This document shows positions 49,061 through 58,001 of a stretch of DNA of 64,000 bases, one piece after another (the stretch's first letter is position 1; each line of letters begins with the position of its first letter). Below the pieces are notes generated by a model, which worked only from the letters and a program-made list of their open reading frames with translations, was not told the origin of the DNA and did no database searches. The stretch comes from Myxococcota bacterium. Its GTDB lineage: Bacteria; Myxococcota_A; UBA9160; UBA6930. A program made the translations under genes and the position numbers. The stretch covers positions 3,232,001 to 3,296,000 of the forward strand of contig OZ245015.1 in NCBI GenBank assembly GCA_965223705.1. The letters run 5' to 3'.

Positions 49061-50406
49061 TGCGCCCTTCCTCGCCGGAAGGGATAAAGCACCAACCCGA
49101 TCGCGACCCAAACGCCGCAGATGACCCACTCTTGGGGCCAGATCAGTGCACCGGGGCTCCCGGGCAGGTAGAGCCCGATGATCCCGAGCGCCAAGACAAA
49201 CGCGAGAACGCCCACGGCCGTTCCAAACCGAACCCGGTATGGCCTCGGCAGGGACGGTTCCTTCTTGCGGAGGACCAAGAAAGCGAGCGCGACGATCGCA
49301 TACGCGATGATGACTCCAAGACTTCCCGCGTCGATGAGCCACACGAGTGCGGGCCGCCCGAACCAAGGAGCGAGGCACGACACCGCGCAGATGCACCACA
49401 ACACGATAGACGGCGTCGCGTAGCGCTTGTGAAGGACGGCGAACCGCGTTGGGAGCATCGCGTCCTCAGCGAGGGCGTACACCAGGCGACTCGATCCGAC
49501 GAGACAAGCGTTCCACGTCGTGACGATCCCTGCGATGCCTCCGACGATCAGGATGGTTGAGGCCCACCGCGATGACCACGCCGCCGCCGCCGCATCGGCG
49601 GTCGTCAAATCGCTCGCAGCTCGCGCCTCTCCGTCGAGGACGTACGCAACGGCCAGGATCATCGCGATATAGAAGAGTGCGGCAAAGATCATCGACGCGA
49701 CGATCAAGACGCCGATGCGCCTCGGGGGCAAGTCGATCTCCTCCGCCGCTTGGGGAATGATGTCGAAACCGAGGAACATCAGGGGGAGCATCACAACGAC
49801 AGCCAGTGCCCCGGACAGGCCGCCGTCAAACAGTGGAGCCATGTTGTCGGACGAGCCGCCCGCCGCCGCGCCGGCGATGAGAACCAAGCCGGAGAGCACG
49901 ATCACCGCCGTCACGGCACTTTGAAGCCGTGCCGCAGTGGCGATCCCGCGCACATTGACGACGGTGAGCCCGACGGCCCCGCCAATCCCGAGGGCGACAT
50001 GGCTCGCCCAGACCTCCTCTCCGGCCACCGTCCAAAGCCGCCCGATCCGAAACTCGGGAAACAGGTACGAGACCGCGACCGGAAGAGCGACCGTTTCAAA
50101 GGCGACGACCGAGACATAGCCGAGGAGCAACGCCCAGGTGCACGCGTACGACACCCCCGGGCCGAAGGCGCGAAGACTGTAGACGTGTTCGCCGCCGGTC
50201 TTGGGAAGTGCAGCGGCGAGCTCCGCGTAGGTCAATGCGATCAGCGCAACCGCGATTCCCGTGGCGAGAAAGGCCAAGACCGCGCCGAGCGAGCCGGCGC
50301 GCGCGATCCAAACGCCGGTCAGGAGAACCCAACTCCAGCCCATGATCGCACCGAAGGCCAGCGCGATGACTTCTCGTTGTCGCAGGACGCGTTTAAACGG
50401 CGGCAC
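49057..50406 (-). CDS. APC-family amino acid/amine permease
   Basis: ALAFGAIMGWSW, YAEL..P..GG and FLGFD..PQAAEE motifs, about 12 TM segments; start inferred at GTG50406, overlapping the amidase stop. Confidence 0.9.
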   Translation of the reverse strand: MPPFKRVLRQREVIALAFGAIMGWSWVLLTGVWIARAGSLGAVLAFLATGIAVALIALTYAELAAALPKTGGEHVYSLRAFGPGVSYACTWALLLGYVSVVAFETVALPVAVSYLFPEFRIGRLWTVAGEEVWASHVALGIGGAVGLTVVNVRGIATAARLQSAVTAVIVLSGLVLIAGAAAGGSSDNMAPLFDGGLSGALAVVVMLPLMFLGFDIIPQAAEEIDLPPRRIGVLIVASMIFAALFYIAMILAVAYVLDGEARAASDLTTADAAAAAWSSRWASTILIVGGIAGIVTTWNACLVGSSRLVYALAEDAMLPTRFAVLHKRYATPSIVLWCICAVSCLAPWFGRPALVWLIDAGSLGVIIAYAIVALAFLVLRKKEPSLPRPYRVRFGTAVGVLAFVLALGIIGLYLPGSPGALIWPQEWVICGVWVAIGLVLYPFRRGRAH

Positions 50407-51793
50407 GTCCGAGCTCGACGGGGCCGATCGCTTCCGCGATGGCGTGCGCGATCTCGAGCACGCCACGATCGTCCCCGACCCGACCGATGATCTGGAGACC
50501 GACCGGTAGGCCTTCGGGGGTCACAGAGAAGGGGATCGAAATCGCCGGACACCCGAGCAGGGAGATATAGAAGCACGAGCGCATCCAGTCGATGTACGTC
50601 TCCATCGGTACGCCGTCGATTTCGCGAATCCACTCCTGCTCGATATCGAAAGGCGGCACCTGCACGACAGGCGCGAGGAGGTAGTCGTAGGGCTCGAGGA
50701 ACCGAAGGAAGCGCTGGTACAGAATCCCGCGCTGAATCTCGGCCTCGGCGATTTGATCCGAGGTGAGGGCCCGACCCACTTCGATATTCCAGAGAAGCGT
50801 CTCCTTCAGCTGTGAGCACTGCTCCGGCGTGAGTTCTCGAAAGCTCGCCGCGAAGTGAAACGCCCGCAAGACTTGAAAGATGGCATCGGCGCCGTCGAAG
50901 TCCGGTTCGTCCGCTTCGATACGGCAACCGAGAGCGTCGAGAGCGCCCCGTTTGCGCTCGAGAGCGTCGCGCACCCGCCGATCCACGGGAAGCCCGCCGA
51001 GATCGGCGCTCCAAGCGAGTCGCATCCCGCGCACCTCCCGACCGAGCGGTTCGCGAAATACCGACCCGGGTTCCGGCCGTGCAAGAGGATCGCGAGGGTC
51101 CGGCCCAGCGATCGCACTCAGGAGCAACGCGCAGTCCGGGACATTGCGCGCCATCGGCCCGAGCACCGCGAGCCCGGACCAAGCCAAGGTCGCCGGCACG
51201 TTGGCCACCCGTCCCGGAGTCGGCCGCAAACCCACGACGTTGCAAAAGCTTGCAGGGTTTCGCAGCGATCCGCCCATATCGCTTCCGTCGGCAATCGAGA
51301 GCATGCCCGACGCGAGCGCAACAGCCGCGCCTCCGCTGCTACCTCCGCACGTCTTGGTCGGATCGAAAGGATTACGTGTCGCCCCGAAGACGGGATTGAA
51401 GGTCTGGGACCCGGCCCCGAACTCGGGCGTATTCGTCTTGCCGATGCTGATCGCGCCCGCTTGCCGCAACCGCGTGACGATGAGGGCGTCTTCGTCGGGA
51501 ACGAAGTCGCGAAAGAGCGGCGAGCCGTAGGTCGTCCGGATGCCCGCTGTGTCGACGAGATCCTTGTGCGCGATGGGCAGCCCGTGGAGAGGGCCGAGGG
51601 GATCCCCGCGCTGGCGCCGCGCATCGGCAGCCCGGGCGGAAGCGAGCGCACGCTCGGGACACAGCGTCACAATCGCGTTCAGTTCCGGATTCTTCGCTTC
51701 GATGATCTCGAGTGTTTCTCGAACCAGCTCTTCCGCGGAAATCGCCCCGCTAGCGAGTTGTGCCGCTCGTTCGGTTGCCGTGGCGTAGGGCAT
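50393..51793 (-). CDS. Amidase-signature family amidase
   Basis: PIAHKD, GKTNTPEFG, GGSSGG and GSDMGGSLRNPAS (Ser-cisSer-Lys triad); ATG51793. Confidence 0.93.
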   Translation of the reverse strand: MPYATATERAAQLASGAISAEELVRETLEIIEAKNPELNAIVTLCPERALASARAADARRQRGDPLGPLHGLPIAHKDLVDTAGIRTTYGSPLFRDFVPDEDALIVTRLRQAGAISIGKTNTPEFGAGSQTFNPVFGATRNPFDPTKTCGGSSGGAAVALASGMLSIADGSDMGGSLRNPASFCNVVGLRPTPGRVANVPATLAWSGLAVLGPMARNVPDCALLLSAIAGPDPRDPLARPEPGSVFREPLGREVRGMRLAWSADLGGLPVDRRVRDALERKRGALDALGCRIEADEPDFDGADAIFQVLRAFHFAASFRELTPEQCSQLKETLLWNIEVGRALTSDQIAEAEIQRGILYQRFLRFLEPYDYLLAPVVQVPPFDIEQEWIREIDGVPMETYIDWMRSCFYISLLGCPAISIPFSVTPEGLPVGLQIIGRVGDDRGVLEIAHAIAEAIGPVELGRAAV

Positions 51794-51794
51794 C

Positions 51795-52817
51795 TCAACG
51801 GGGTTCCGCTGGGTGGAAAGGATCGCAGAACACGCAACCGTCGCCGATCCCTTTCGCTTCGAGTAGCCGAGTGACGTCGTCGCACATGGCGGGCGCGCCA
51901 CACAAGTAAGCGTCGAGCGCGCTCGCGTCGGGCAGTTCGCGTTGGATCGCCTGCGTGACCCGACCGACGATCCCGTCCCAACCGCACGCTTCGGTGGGCT
52001 GGGAAAGACATGGACGGTAATCGAGATCGATGCGCCGCCCGAAGTCGGCAAGCTCGGCCTCGTAGGGGAGATCGGCTCGCGTGCGCGCTCCGTAAAACAG
52101 CGTGAACGATCGCCGATCCTCGCGTTCCGCCGCGTCGGCGAGTATCGAGAGGAGCGGCGCCAACCCCGACCCAACGCCGACCAACAGGACGGACCGATCG
52201 CCTTCCCGCAAATAGCTCTGGCCGAACGGGCCTCGTAGTGGAATCTCCGCGCCTGCGGACAGCCGATCGAGTTGTCCGGAGAAAGCGCCGTTCGGCAGCC
52301 GCTTCATCAGGAAATCGAGTCTGCCCTCGTCGCTCGGCGGGTTGGCGATGGAGTACGCACGCCACGCGGAAGCCGCTCCCGGTACGCCCAATTCGACGTA
52401 CTGGCCGGGATAGAACGCGATCGGCTGATCGGGCTCGAGGGAGAGCCGCCACAGCGTCTCCGTGCGCGCCTCTACCGAAGCGACACGCGTCATGGTCTCG
52501 GTCGGCGTCAGGACGGGGAGACTCCGCGCGTCGTCGCCCTCTTCCGCTTCGATCTCGAGATCTTCGAGCGGTACCGCGCAGCACAGGAGAGCAAAACCTT
52601 CTTCTCGCTCTTCCCGGGACAACGCGAACGTCGAAGCCCGACCGAAATCCACGTCCCCCTGGCTGAGGAAGTATTTGCACGAAGAGCAGCTGCCTTGCCG
52701 GCATCCGTAGCGAAGCGGTACGCCCTCGCGGAGCGCGGCGTCGAGAACCGTCTCGCCGGGTCTTACGGAAAACGTCGCGCCGCCGGGCTCTACCCGAACG
52801 CGAAAGGAAGTGGCCAT
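51795..52817 (-). CDS. Soluble di-iron monooxygenase reductase ([2Fe-2S]/FAD/NADH)
   Basis: CRQGSCSSC..LLCC, RAYS, GSGLAP and YLCG.P.M motifs. Confidence 0.93.
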   Translation of the reverse strand: MATSFRVRVEPGGATFSVRPGETVLDAALREGVPLRYGCRQGSCSSCKYFLSQGDVDFGRASTFALSREEREEGFALLCCAVPLEDLEIEAEEGDDARSLPVLTPTETMTRVASVEARTETLWRLSLEPDQPIAFYPGQYVELGVPGAASAWRAYSIANPPSDEGRLDFLMKRLPNGAFSGQLDRLSAGAEIPLRGPFGQSYLREGDRSVLLVGVGSGLAPLLSILADAAEREDRRSFTLFYGARTRADLPYEAELADFGRRIDLDYRPCLSQPTEACGWDGIVGRVTQAIQRELPDASALDAYLCGAPAMCDDVTRLLEAKGIGDGCVFCDPFHPAEPR

Positions 52818-52820
52818 CGC

Positions 52821-53120
52821 TCAGTCTTCAGAGAGCTGGAGCATCGCCGTCGTCACGAGGAAACTGTCGGGCTCGGTCTCGACGCGGCCGACGAACGAAC
52901 TCATGATGACCAGCCATTCGGAGAGCTCGATCGGCTCGCCGAGCTCTTCCCCGACACGATGAAGATCGATCCGGATCTCTTTTTCGTGGGTCAGCTGCCA
53001 ATACGTCTCTTTGTCTTCGATCGCGACGTCGGGGTGATCTTCTCGGAGCACGTCGAGCGTGGCGTCGGTCTCGGGACTCTTCATCAGCACCAGGACTACC
53101 CGGGAAATCGCCTCGCTCAC
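52821..53120 (-). CDS. SDIMO coupling/effector protein (MmoB/DmpM family)
   Basis: VVLVLMKS..IRIDL..V.EELG..MSSFVGRV. Confidence 0.92.
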   Translation of the reverse strand: MSEAISRVVLVLMKSPETDATLDVLREDHPDVAIEDKETYWQLTHEKEIRIDLHRVGEELGEPIELSEWLVIMSSFVGRVETEPDSFLVTTAMLQLSED

Positions 53121-54136
53121 TCGAACAACTCCGTGAGGCCGTACGACTCGACAACGTCGCGCTGGCTCTTCTGCGCGTTGTCGAACGCTTCATCGAATGA
53201 GCGGACGGGGCGGGGAATATCCTTCCAGACGGGCTCCAACGCCTTGGCCGCTTCCAGCGCGGGCGCTTGCCACGCCGCAAACCACTCTCGGATCACGTCG
53301 CGGTTTCCCGCCGCGTCGGGATTCTCGTCGGCGATCGCCATTCGAACGAGCTCACCGGCGACCGCCTGATTGCGCCGGCGGTCTCGCTCGGTGGTCAGCG
53401 CGATGACCGGGGTCGCTAAGTCTCGGTGGACCGGCGCGTTGTCTCGCAAGAGCGAACCGACACCCAGGTCGGCAACCACCGGAAGCACCGCGAAATTCGT
53501 GACGACACACAGCTCCGCCCAGTCTTCCAGTGCCATCGCCCGCTCGGCGAGCGACCGGAGCGGTTGATAGGCGGCTTCGGAAAGCCAGCGATCCTTCGCG
53601 CCGGTATCGGCAAACCCTTCGATTTCTTGTTCGAGATCCAGCATGAAGAGCACGATCGCCTGGGCGTGCCGCATGTGGTCAAAGCCTTGAAACGCCATCG
53701 CGTGCCCGATCGGGTCGGAGAGCGCTTCGCGATTCGCCACCGCGAAACTCCGAAAGAGTCCGTACTCGAAGAACGACCAGACGCGGTAGTGATCCCGCAA
53801 GACGTGCTCGACCCAGTCGCGATCGAAGGCTCGGAGAGACCCCGCCGCTTTTGCGTCGTCGACCAGGCGCGCAATCGCTCGTTCCTGCTCGGCTTGCATA
53901 CGAACGTAGCTCCGCTGCCAATAGCGACCCGGATCGCGAAAATCGTACCAGTGAGGGTGACGCAACCGCGTCGATTCCGGGCGCCACGCCGGGCGCCCTT
54001 CTTCGGTGCGCATGTAATACTGGGTGTAAGGCTGATCTGGATCCGGCTGGACGTAGGTCGAGACGGCCTCATAGTCCGATAGCCGCCGCCGCGACGGCTT
54101 GACGTAGGTGATGTCTCGAGGGGCGTCGACGCTCAC
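53117..54136 (-). CDS. SDIMO hydroxylase beta subunit
   Basis: RRLSDYEAV..VQPDP, WYDFRDP..WQRSY and DHMRHAQ motifs. Confidence 0.92.
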   Translation of the reverse strand: MSVDAPRDITYVKPSRRRLSDYEAVSTYVQPDPDQPYTQYYMRTEEGRPAWRPESTRLRHPHWYDFRDPGRYWQRSYVRMQAEQERAIARLVDDAKAAGSLRAFDRDWVEHVLRDHYRVWSFFEYGLFRSFAVANREALSDPIGHAMAFQGFDHMRHAQAIVLFMLDLEQEIEGFADTGAKDRWLSEAAYQPLRSLAERAMALEDWAELCVVTNFAVLPVVADLGVGSLLRDNAPVHRDLATPVIALTTERDRRRNQAVAGELVRMAIADENPDAAGNRDVIREWFAAWQAPALEAAKALEPVWKDIPRPVRSFDEAFDNAQKSQRDVVESYGLTELFE

Positions 54137-55695
54137 GACGCGACGGCCTCCTCTCCTGCCATCACGGGCGGCGCGACGGTGCCTTCCTCCTCCATCACAC
54201 GGAGCGGATTCTTGATCTCAAAATCCATCCGGTCGATATCGTCGATCGTCCACATGCGATCGCGGTCGAGATGTGGCTGGCCGAGAAGCGTTTTGTTGTC
54301 CGCACGCAGAAGGCCGTTCTTGCGGATGTACTCCGACAAGCTCCAGCCGTCGTAGACTTCGTCGAATGCCAGGGCGTGCAGGTAGCGGCCCGGGCTTTCA
54401 CTGAAAATGTATTCGCATGCGTCGGAACAGAACGCGTGGAGCCGCCTCTCGTGGGTGCGCACGCGACCGTGGGATGCCTCGACCGTGGGGAATACGCAGG
54501 GCATCTGACACACGCGACACAGTGTCGGCAACGACTCGAAGCCCTCAATCGAGCACGTGCCCTGGGCCGGATCGCAGAGGTCGCGGTACTGGTTCCAGAA
54601 CGCCCCGTAGCGCTCGTACCATCCCGGGGATTTCTTCTCGAACCAATCCATATCGGCTTCGGTGGGCGGATCGAAGCGCCAATAGCTCAAGGGCCAAGCG
54701 GCGAAAGCGAGCATCGCAGCCGTGTGACCCGACCACGACATTCTTTCCTTGGCCAAGTCGAACCAGCGCGGGACTTTCAATCCGAAGGGCTGGAGCTTGG
54801 CGATGTAAGCACCGGCCCAATCTTCCGCGAGCCACTCGTTCCACTTCTCCAGGTAGGAATCGCCGCGCTCCTTCTGGAAGTAGTCGTAGACCACGTGCAC
54901 AAAGGGATCGAGAAACGCGTGTTGGCGCCAAAACGCACGATCGAAGTCCTGCTGGAGCATGGGCAGGTTGTCGGGCTCGGCGAGGACCGCCGCGAGCGTC
55001 GAATACCCGTTGGCCATGTGGCGCGCTTCGTCCGATTGGATACTGAGAAACACGGTCGGAGTCGCTTGATCGCCGTTCTGTGCGGCCATCTGCGTCATCG
55101 CCACGAAGATCGAGTTCGTGTACGCCGTCTCTGCGACGACTTGAAGGTTCAGCGCGCCTTCGATGGGATCGCCCACGAAAAAGCACTCGAGCGCACTTTG
55201 GCTGGCGCGCCCGAATACATTGAGGCTTTTCAGCGGAATCGCGCGATCGAAGCCCTCGGAATCCGGAGCGTGCTTCGCCATGTACCGGTTCAGGTACGTC
55301 TCCTGGTTGACGTGGCGGACCTCGTCGAGCATCTGCGCCATGTAACCCTGCCGGAGCGCCGCGTTGTCCACCGTGTCGACGAGTTGGCCGCAGCATTTCA
55401 TCGCCCCGTACTCACCGAAGGTCAGCACCGGCAACGCGATCTTCAAGATCTCGGTCCAGCGTTCTTCGGCTTGTCCGGTCGAGCCACTGCGGGCAATCGC
55501 GTCCTCGAGTGCACCGTATTGCCGGTCGTCCTTTTCCTGCTCCATCGAGCAGTAGTCGCGGATCAGGTGCCGGAACGGGTCCTTCGTCTTCGCGGGAATC
55601 TTGTACTTCGTGGGATAGCGCTCGGGCTTCGTGTGATACGTGGGTTCCCAATCAAAGTCCTTTACGCGGTTGTGAGCTTCGACGAGGTTCTTCAC
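54133..55695 (-). CDS. SDIMO hydroxylase alpha subunit (group-6-like)
   Basis: Di-iron ligands GEYGA, DEVRH, AETAYTN and DEARHMANG; KDPF..MEQEKDDRQYG; C-terminal CRVCQMPC..FCS. Confidence 0.95.
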   Translation of the reverse strand: MKNLVEAHNRVKDFDWEPTYHTKPERYPTKYKIPAKTKDPFRHLIRDYCSMEQEKDDRQYGALEDAIARSGSTGQAEERWTEILKIALPVLTFGEYGAMKCCGQLVDTVDNAALRQGYMAQMLDEVRHVNQETYLNRYMAKHAPDSEGFDRAIPLKSLNVFGRASQSALECFFVGDPIEGALNLQVVAETAYTNSIFVAMTQMAAQNGDQATPTVFLSIQSDEARHMANGYSTLAAVLAEPDNLPMLQQDFDRAFWRQHAFLDPFVHVVYDYFQKERGDSYLEKWNEWLAEDWAGAYIAKLQPFGLKVPRWFDLAKERMSWSGHTAAMLAFAAWPLSYWRFDPPTEADMDWFEKKSPGWYERYGAFWNQYRDLCDPAQGTCSIEGFESLPTLCRVCQMPCVFPTVEASHGRVRTHERRLHAFCSDACEYIFSESPGRYLHALAFDEVYDGWSLSEYIRKNGLLRADNKTLLGQPHLDRDRMWTIDDIDRMDFEIKNPLRVMEEEGTVAPPVMAGEEAVAS

Positions 55696-55745
55696 GGAGC
55701 GCTTTCCTCCATAGGGTCGTTGCGACCCTCACGATAGAGCTGTGG

Positions 55746-55781
55746 CCAGTTTCATGATGAACCTGGTGACAACTTTGTCAA
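55746..55781 (-). promoter_or_regulatory. SDIMO operon promoter (TTGACA-16-CATCAT) overlapped by two palindromes
   Basis: TGACAA-CT-TTGTCA at 55767-55780 and CCAGTTTCAT-G-ATGAACCTGG at 55746-55766; consensus -35 at 55776-55781 on the minus strand. Confidence 0.65.
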
Positions 55782-55802
55782 TACAATTTTGGCGCGAGCG
55801 AC

Positions 55803-56579
55803 CTATTCCTCTACGAAGTGACGGGGTGCCTTCGAAAAATAGGTCTCCCGGGCAATCCGGCTGTTCTCACTGTGCCCCATCAGGGCAGCGGAGAGGTGAT
55901 CCAGGTGGTGAATCGAGCGGTCGAGGGCCTTGGCGTAGGCGTTGATCGACGCCTTGGTGCTGAAGGTCGGCCAGGCGGGTTGCCGTGCGATCTCCTCCGC
56001 CAACTCGGTCGCTCTCGCGAGAAGCGCATCCTCCGCCACCACTTCGTTGACGAAGCCGTAGTCGAGCAGCTGCTCGGCGCCGTACGTGTGGCCGAGGATG
56101 ATCATCTCTTTCGCTCGCGCGGGTCCGACGAGCTGGATCACGGCTGGGATCGTGTGCCAAGTTAAGTTGAAGCCGATGCTCACCTCGTTGATCGTCAGCG
56201 ACGTGCTCGAAGCGGCGAGCCGGAAATCGCAAGTCGCCGGAAGCACGGCTCCGCCGCCAATGCAGTACCCGTGCATACAAGCGATGGTGATGGGCGAGAG
56301 GTTCGTCAACAGGTCGGCCATTCGGGCACCCGCTTTCGACATGTCGATCGATTCCGTGGTGTTCATGCGAGGCACCTTGAGATCGGCCCCCGAGCAGAAG
56401 CTCTTCCCCTCTCCCCGGAGAATCACCACGCGAACGTCGCGCAGGCGATCGAGTGCCGCGGCCGCCGTCGTCACGTCGGCGATCAGCTGTGGGTTTACGG
56501 CGTTGTGGACCGCGGGGCGGTTCAGCACCAAATGACGGATCGGTCCGTCGCCTTCGACACGAACGGTTTCGAGTTCCAT
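55803..56579 (-). CDS. Enoyl-CoA hydratase/isomerase family protein
   Basis: LNRPAVHNA, FCSGADL and GYCIGGG motifs. Confidence 0.9.
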   Translation of the reverse strand: MELETVRVEGDGPIRHLVLNRPAVHNAVNPQLIADVTTAAAALDRLRDVRVVILRGEGKSFCSGADLKVPRMNTTESIDMSKAGARMADLLTNLSPITIACMHGYCIGGGAVLPATCDFRLAASSTSLTINEVSIGFNLTWHTIPAVIQLVGPARAKEMIILGHTYGAEQLLDYGFVNEVVAEDALLARATELAEEIARQPAWPTFSTKASINAYAKALDRSIHHLDHLSAALMGHSENSRIARETYFSKAPRHFVEE

Positions 56580-56669
56580 ACATCCTCCTCGTGCGGGTGT
56601 ACCTTACGCCCCGCCACTTCGCGAGGCTCGGCGGTTCCGGATAAACTCAGGTCTCAACCAGGAGTCACC

Positions 56670-56999
56670 ATGAGCGAAACACTGCACCCGATCGCCACTC
56701 GAATGGTCTACGAAGATGAGTTTGTGCGCGTCTGGCACCAGCACGTACCGAAAGGGGGGCGTATCGAACGCCACGAACACGAGCTCGACTATTTCCTCCT
56801 GAACGTCGCCGGCGAAGGCCCCATCGATGTGACGTTTCACGACGGAACGGGAGGTGAGCTCGGAGAATCGTTTCAGTTCGTGCCGAAACCGGGCGAGTCG
56901 GTCTTCATCCCCAAAGGACACATCGAGACCGCCGTCAACCACGGCGAGGATTTTCGCGCAGTGCTCGTCGAGCTGAAGCGTCCGGAAGGCTCCGACTAG
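56670..56999 (+). CDS. Cupin-domain protein
   Basis: VRVW..HEHELDY..IPKGHIETAVN..LVELK; SD AGGAG. Confidence 0.8.
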   Translation: MSETLHPIATRMVYEDEFVRVWHQHVPKGGRIERHEHELDYFLLNVAGEGPIDVTFHDGTGGELGESFQFVPKPGESVFIPKGHIETAVNHGEDFRAVLVELKRPEGSD

Positions 57000-57005
57000 C
57001 GCCGG

Positions 57006-57995
57006 ATGCGCCTCCGGTGGGCACTCGGCGCGCTGGCCTCACTCCTGTGCATCGTGGGCGTTGCGCTGGGCGGCGGGGTCCTTCTGGCTCACAGCGATGC
57101 CCCGAAACCCGACGCTACGGTAGACGTGTTCGGCCTCTCCGAGCTCGCCTCCCTCCCGCGACCGAACCTGCCACCCCTCCTCCGCTATCCGGCGCGGGAC
57201 GGCGCCGCTCTTCCCTACCGCTTCTACGACGCCAGGTCGGACCGCATCCTGATCCTTCTGCACGGCTCGAGCTACCACGGCGGTGGCTATCACTTGCAAG
57301 CCCATACGCTCAGTGTTTCGGATACAGCGAAGATCGTGTTGCCGAATCTGCGCGGACACTTTCAGTCGGGCGACACCCGGGGCGACGTCTCCTACATCGG
57401 CCAGTTGGAAGACGACATCGCGGACCTCATCGGGCACCTGCGCGAGCGTGGACACGATGGACCGGTCTTCCTCGCCGGCCATTCAAGCGGGGGTGGACTG
57501 GCGCTGCGCTTCGCGGGCGGGCAGCACCGCGCGCTCGTCGAAAGCTACCTCCTCCTGGCACCGGCGATTCCCGGCACGCCGGCGCTTGCGCCCGGTGCCG
57601 GGGGTTGGGCCACGCTTCACTGGAAACGGCTGGTGGGGTTGTTGTTTCTGAATCAATTCGGCGTCCATCGCTACGACGGCCTACCGATCATCGCCTTCAA
57701 TGTGCCCGAAGCCTTGCGCGACGGGTCCGAGACCCTCTCATACTCCCACCGCTTGAATCTCTCCTACCACCCGCGGCGGGACCTGCGAGGCGACCTCAAG
57801 GGCCTTGCGCCGGGCAGCCTCGTGATCGTCGGCGGCCGAGACGAAGCGGTCGACGCAAAGCCGCTCGCAGAACTCGTTTCACGACACGCGCCAGCGGTCG
57901 AGATCTCTGTGATTGAGCCCCTTACCCATTTCGGCATTCTTCGGGATGCCGGCGTCCTCGCGAACGTCCAACGCTGGCTTCGAACGTCGCAATAG
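57006..57995 (+). CDS. Membrane-anchored alpha/beta hydrolase
   Basis: N-terminal TM segment; LLHGS, LRGH, GQLEDD and GHSSGG motifs. Confidence 0.88.
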   Translation: MRLRWALGALASLLCIVGVALGGGVLLAHSDAPKPDATVDVFGLSELASLPRPNLPPLLRYPARDGAALPYRFYDARSDRILILLHGSSYHGGGYHLQAHTLSVSDTAKIVLPNLRGHFQSGDTRGDVSYIGQLEDDIADLIGHLRERGHDGPVFLAGHSSGGGLALRFAGGQHRALVESYLLLAPAIPGTPALAPGAGGWATLHWKRLVGLLFLNQFGVHRYDGLPIIAFNVPEALRDGSETLSYSHRLNLSYHPRRDLRGDLKGLAPGSLVIVGGRDEAVDAKPLAELVSRHAPAVEISVIEPLTHFGILRDAGVLANVQRWLRTSQ

Positions 57996-58001
57996 CCGCG
58001 A

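Noticed and set aside
54133..55695. Calling the cluster sMMO (mmoXYBZC), an alkene monooxygenase or a phenol hydroxylase
   Set aside because: There is no gamma subunit, the gene order differs from groups 4 and 5, and the Cys151 equivalent is Glu. Gene symbols are withheld until a phylogeny is run.
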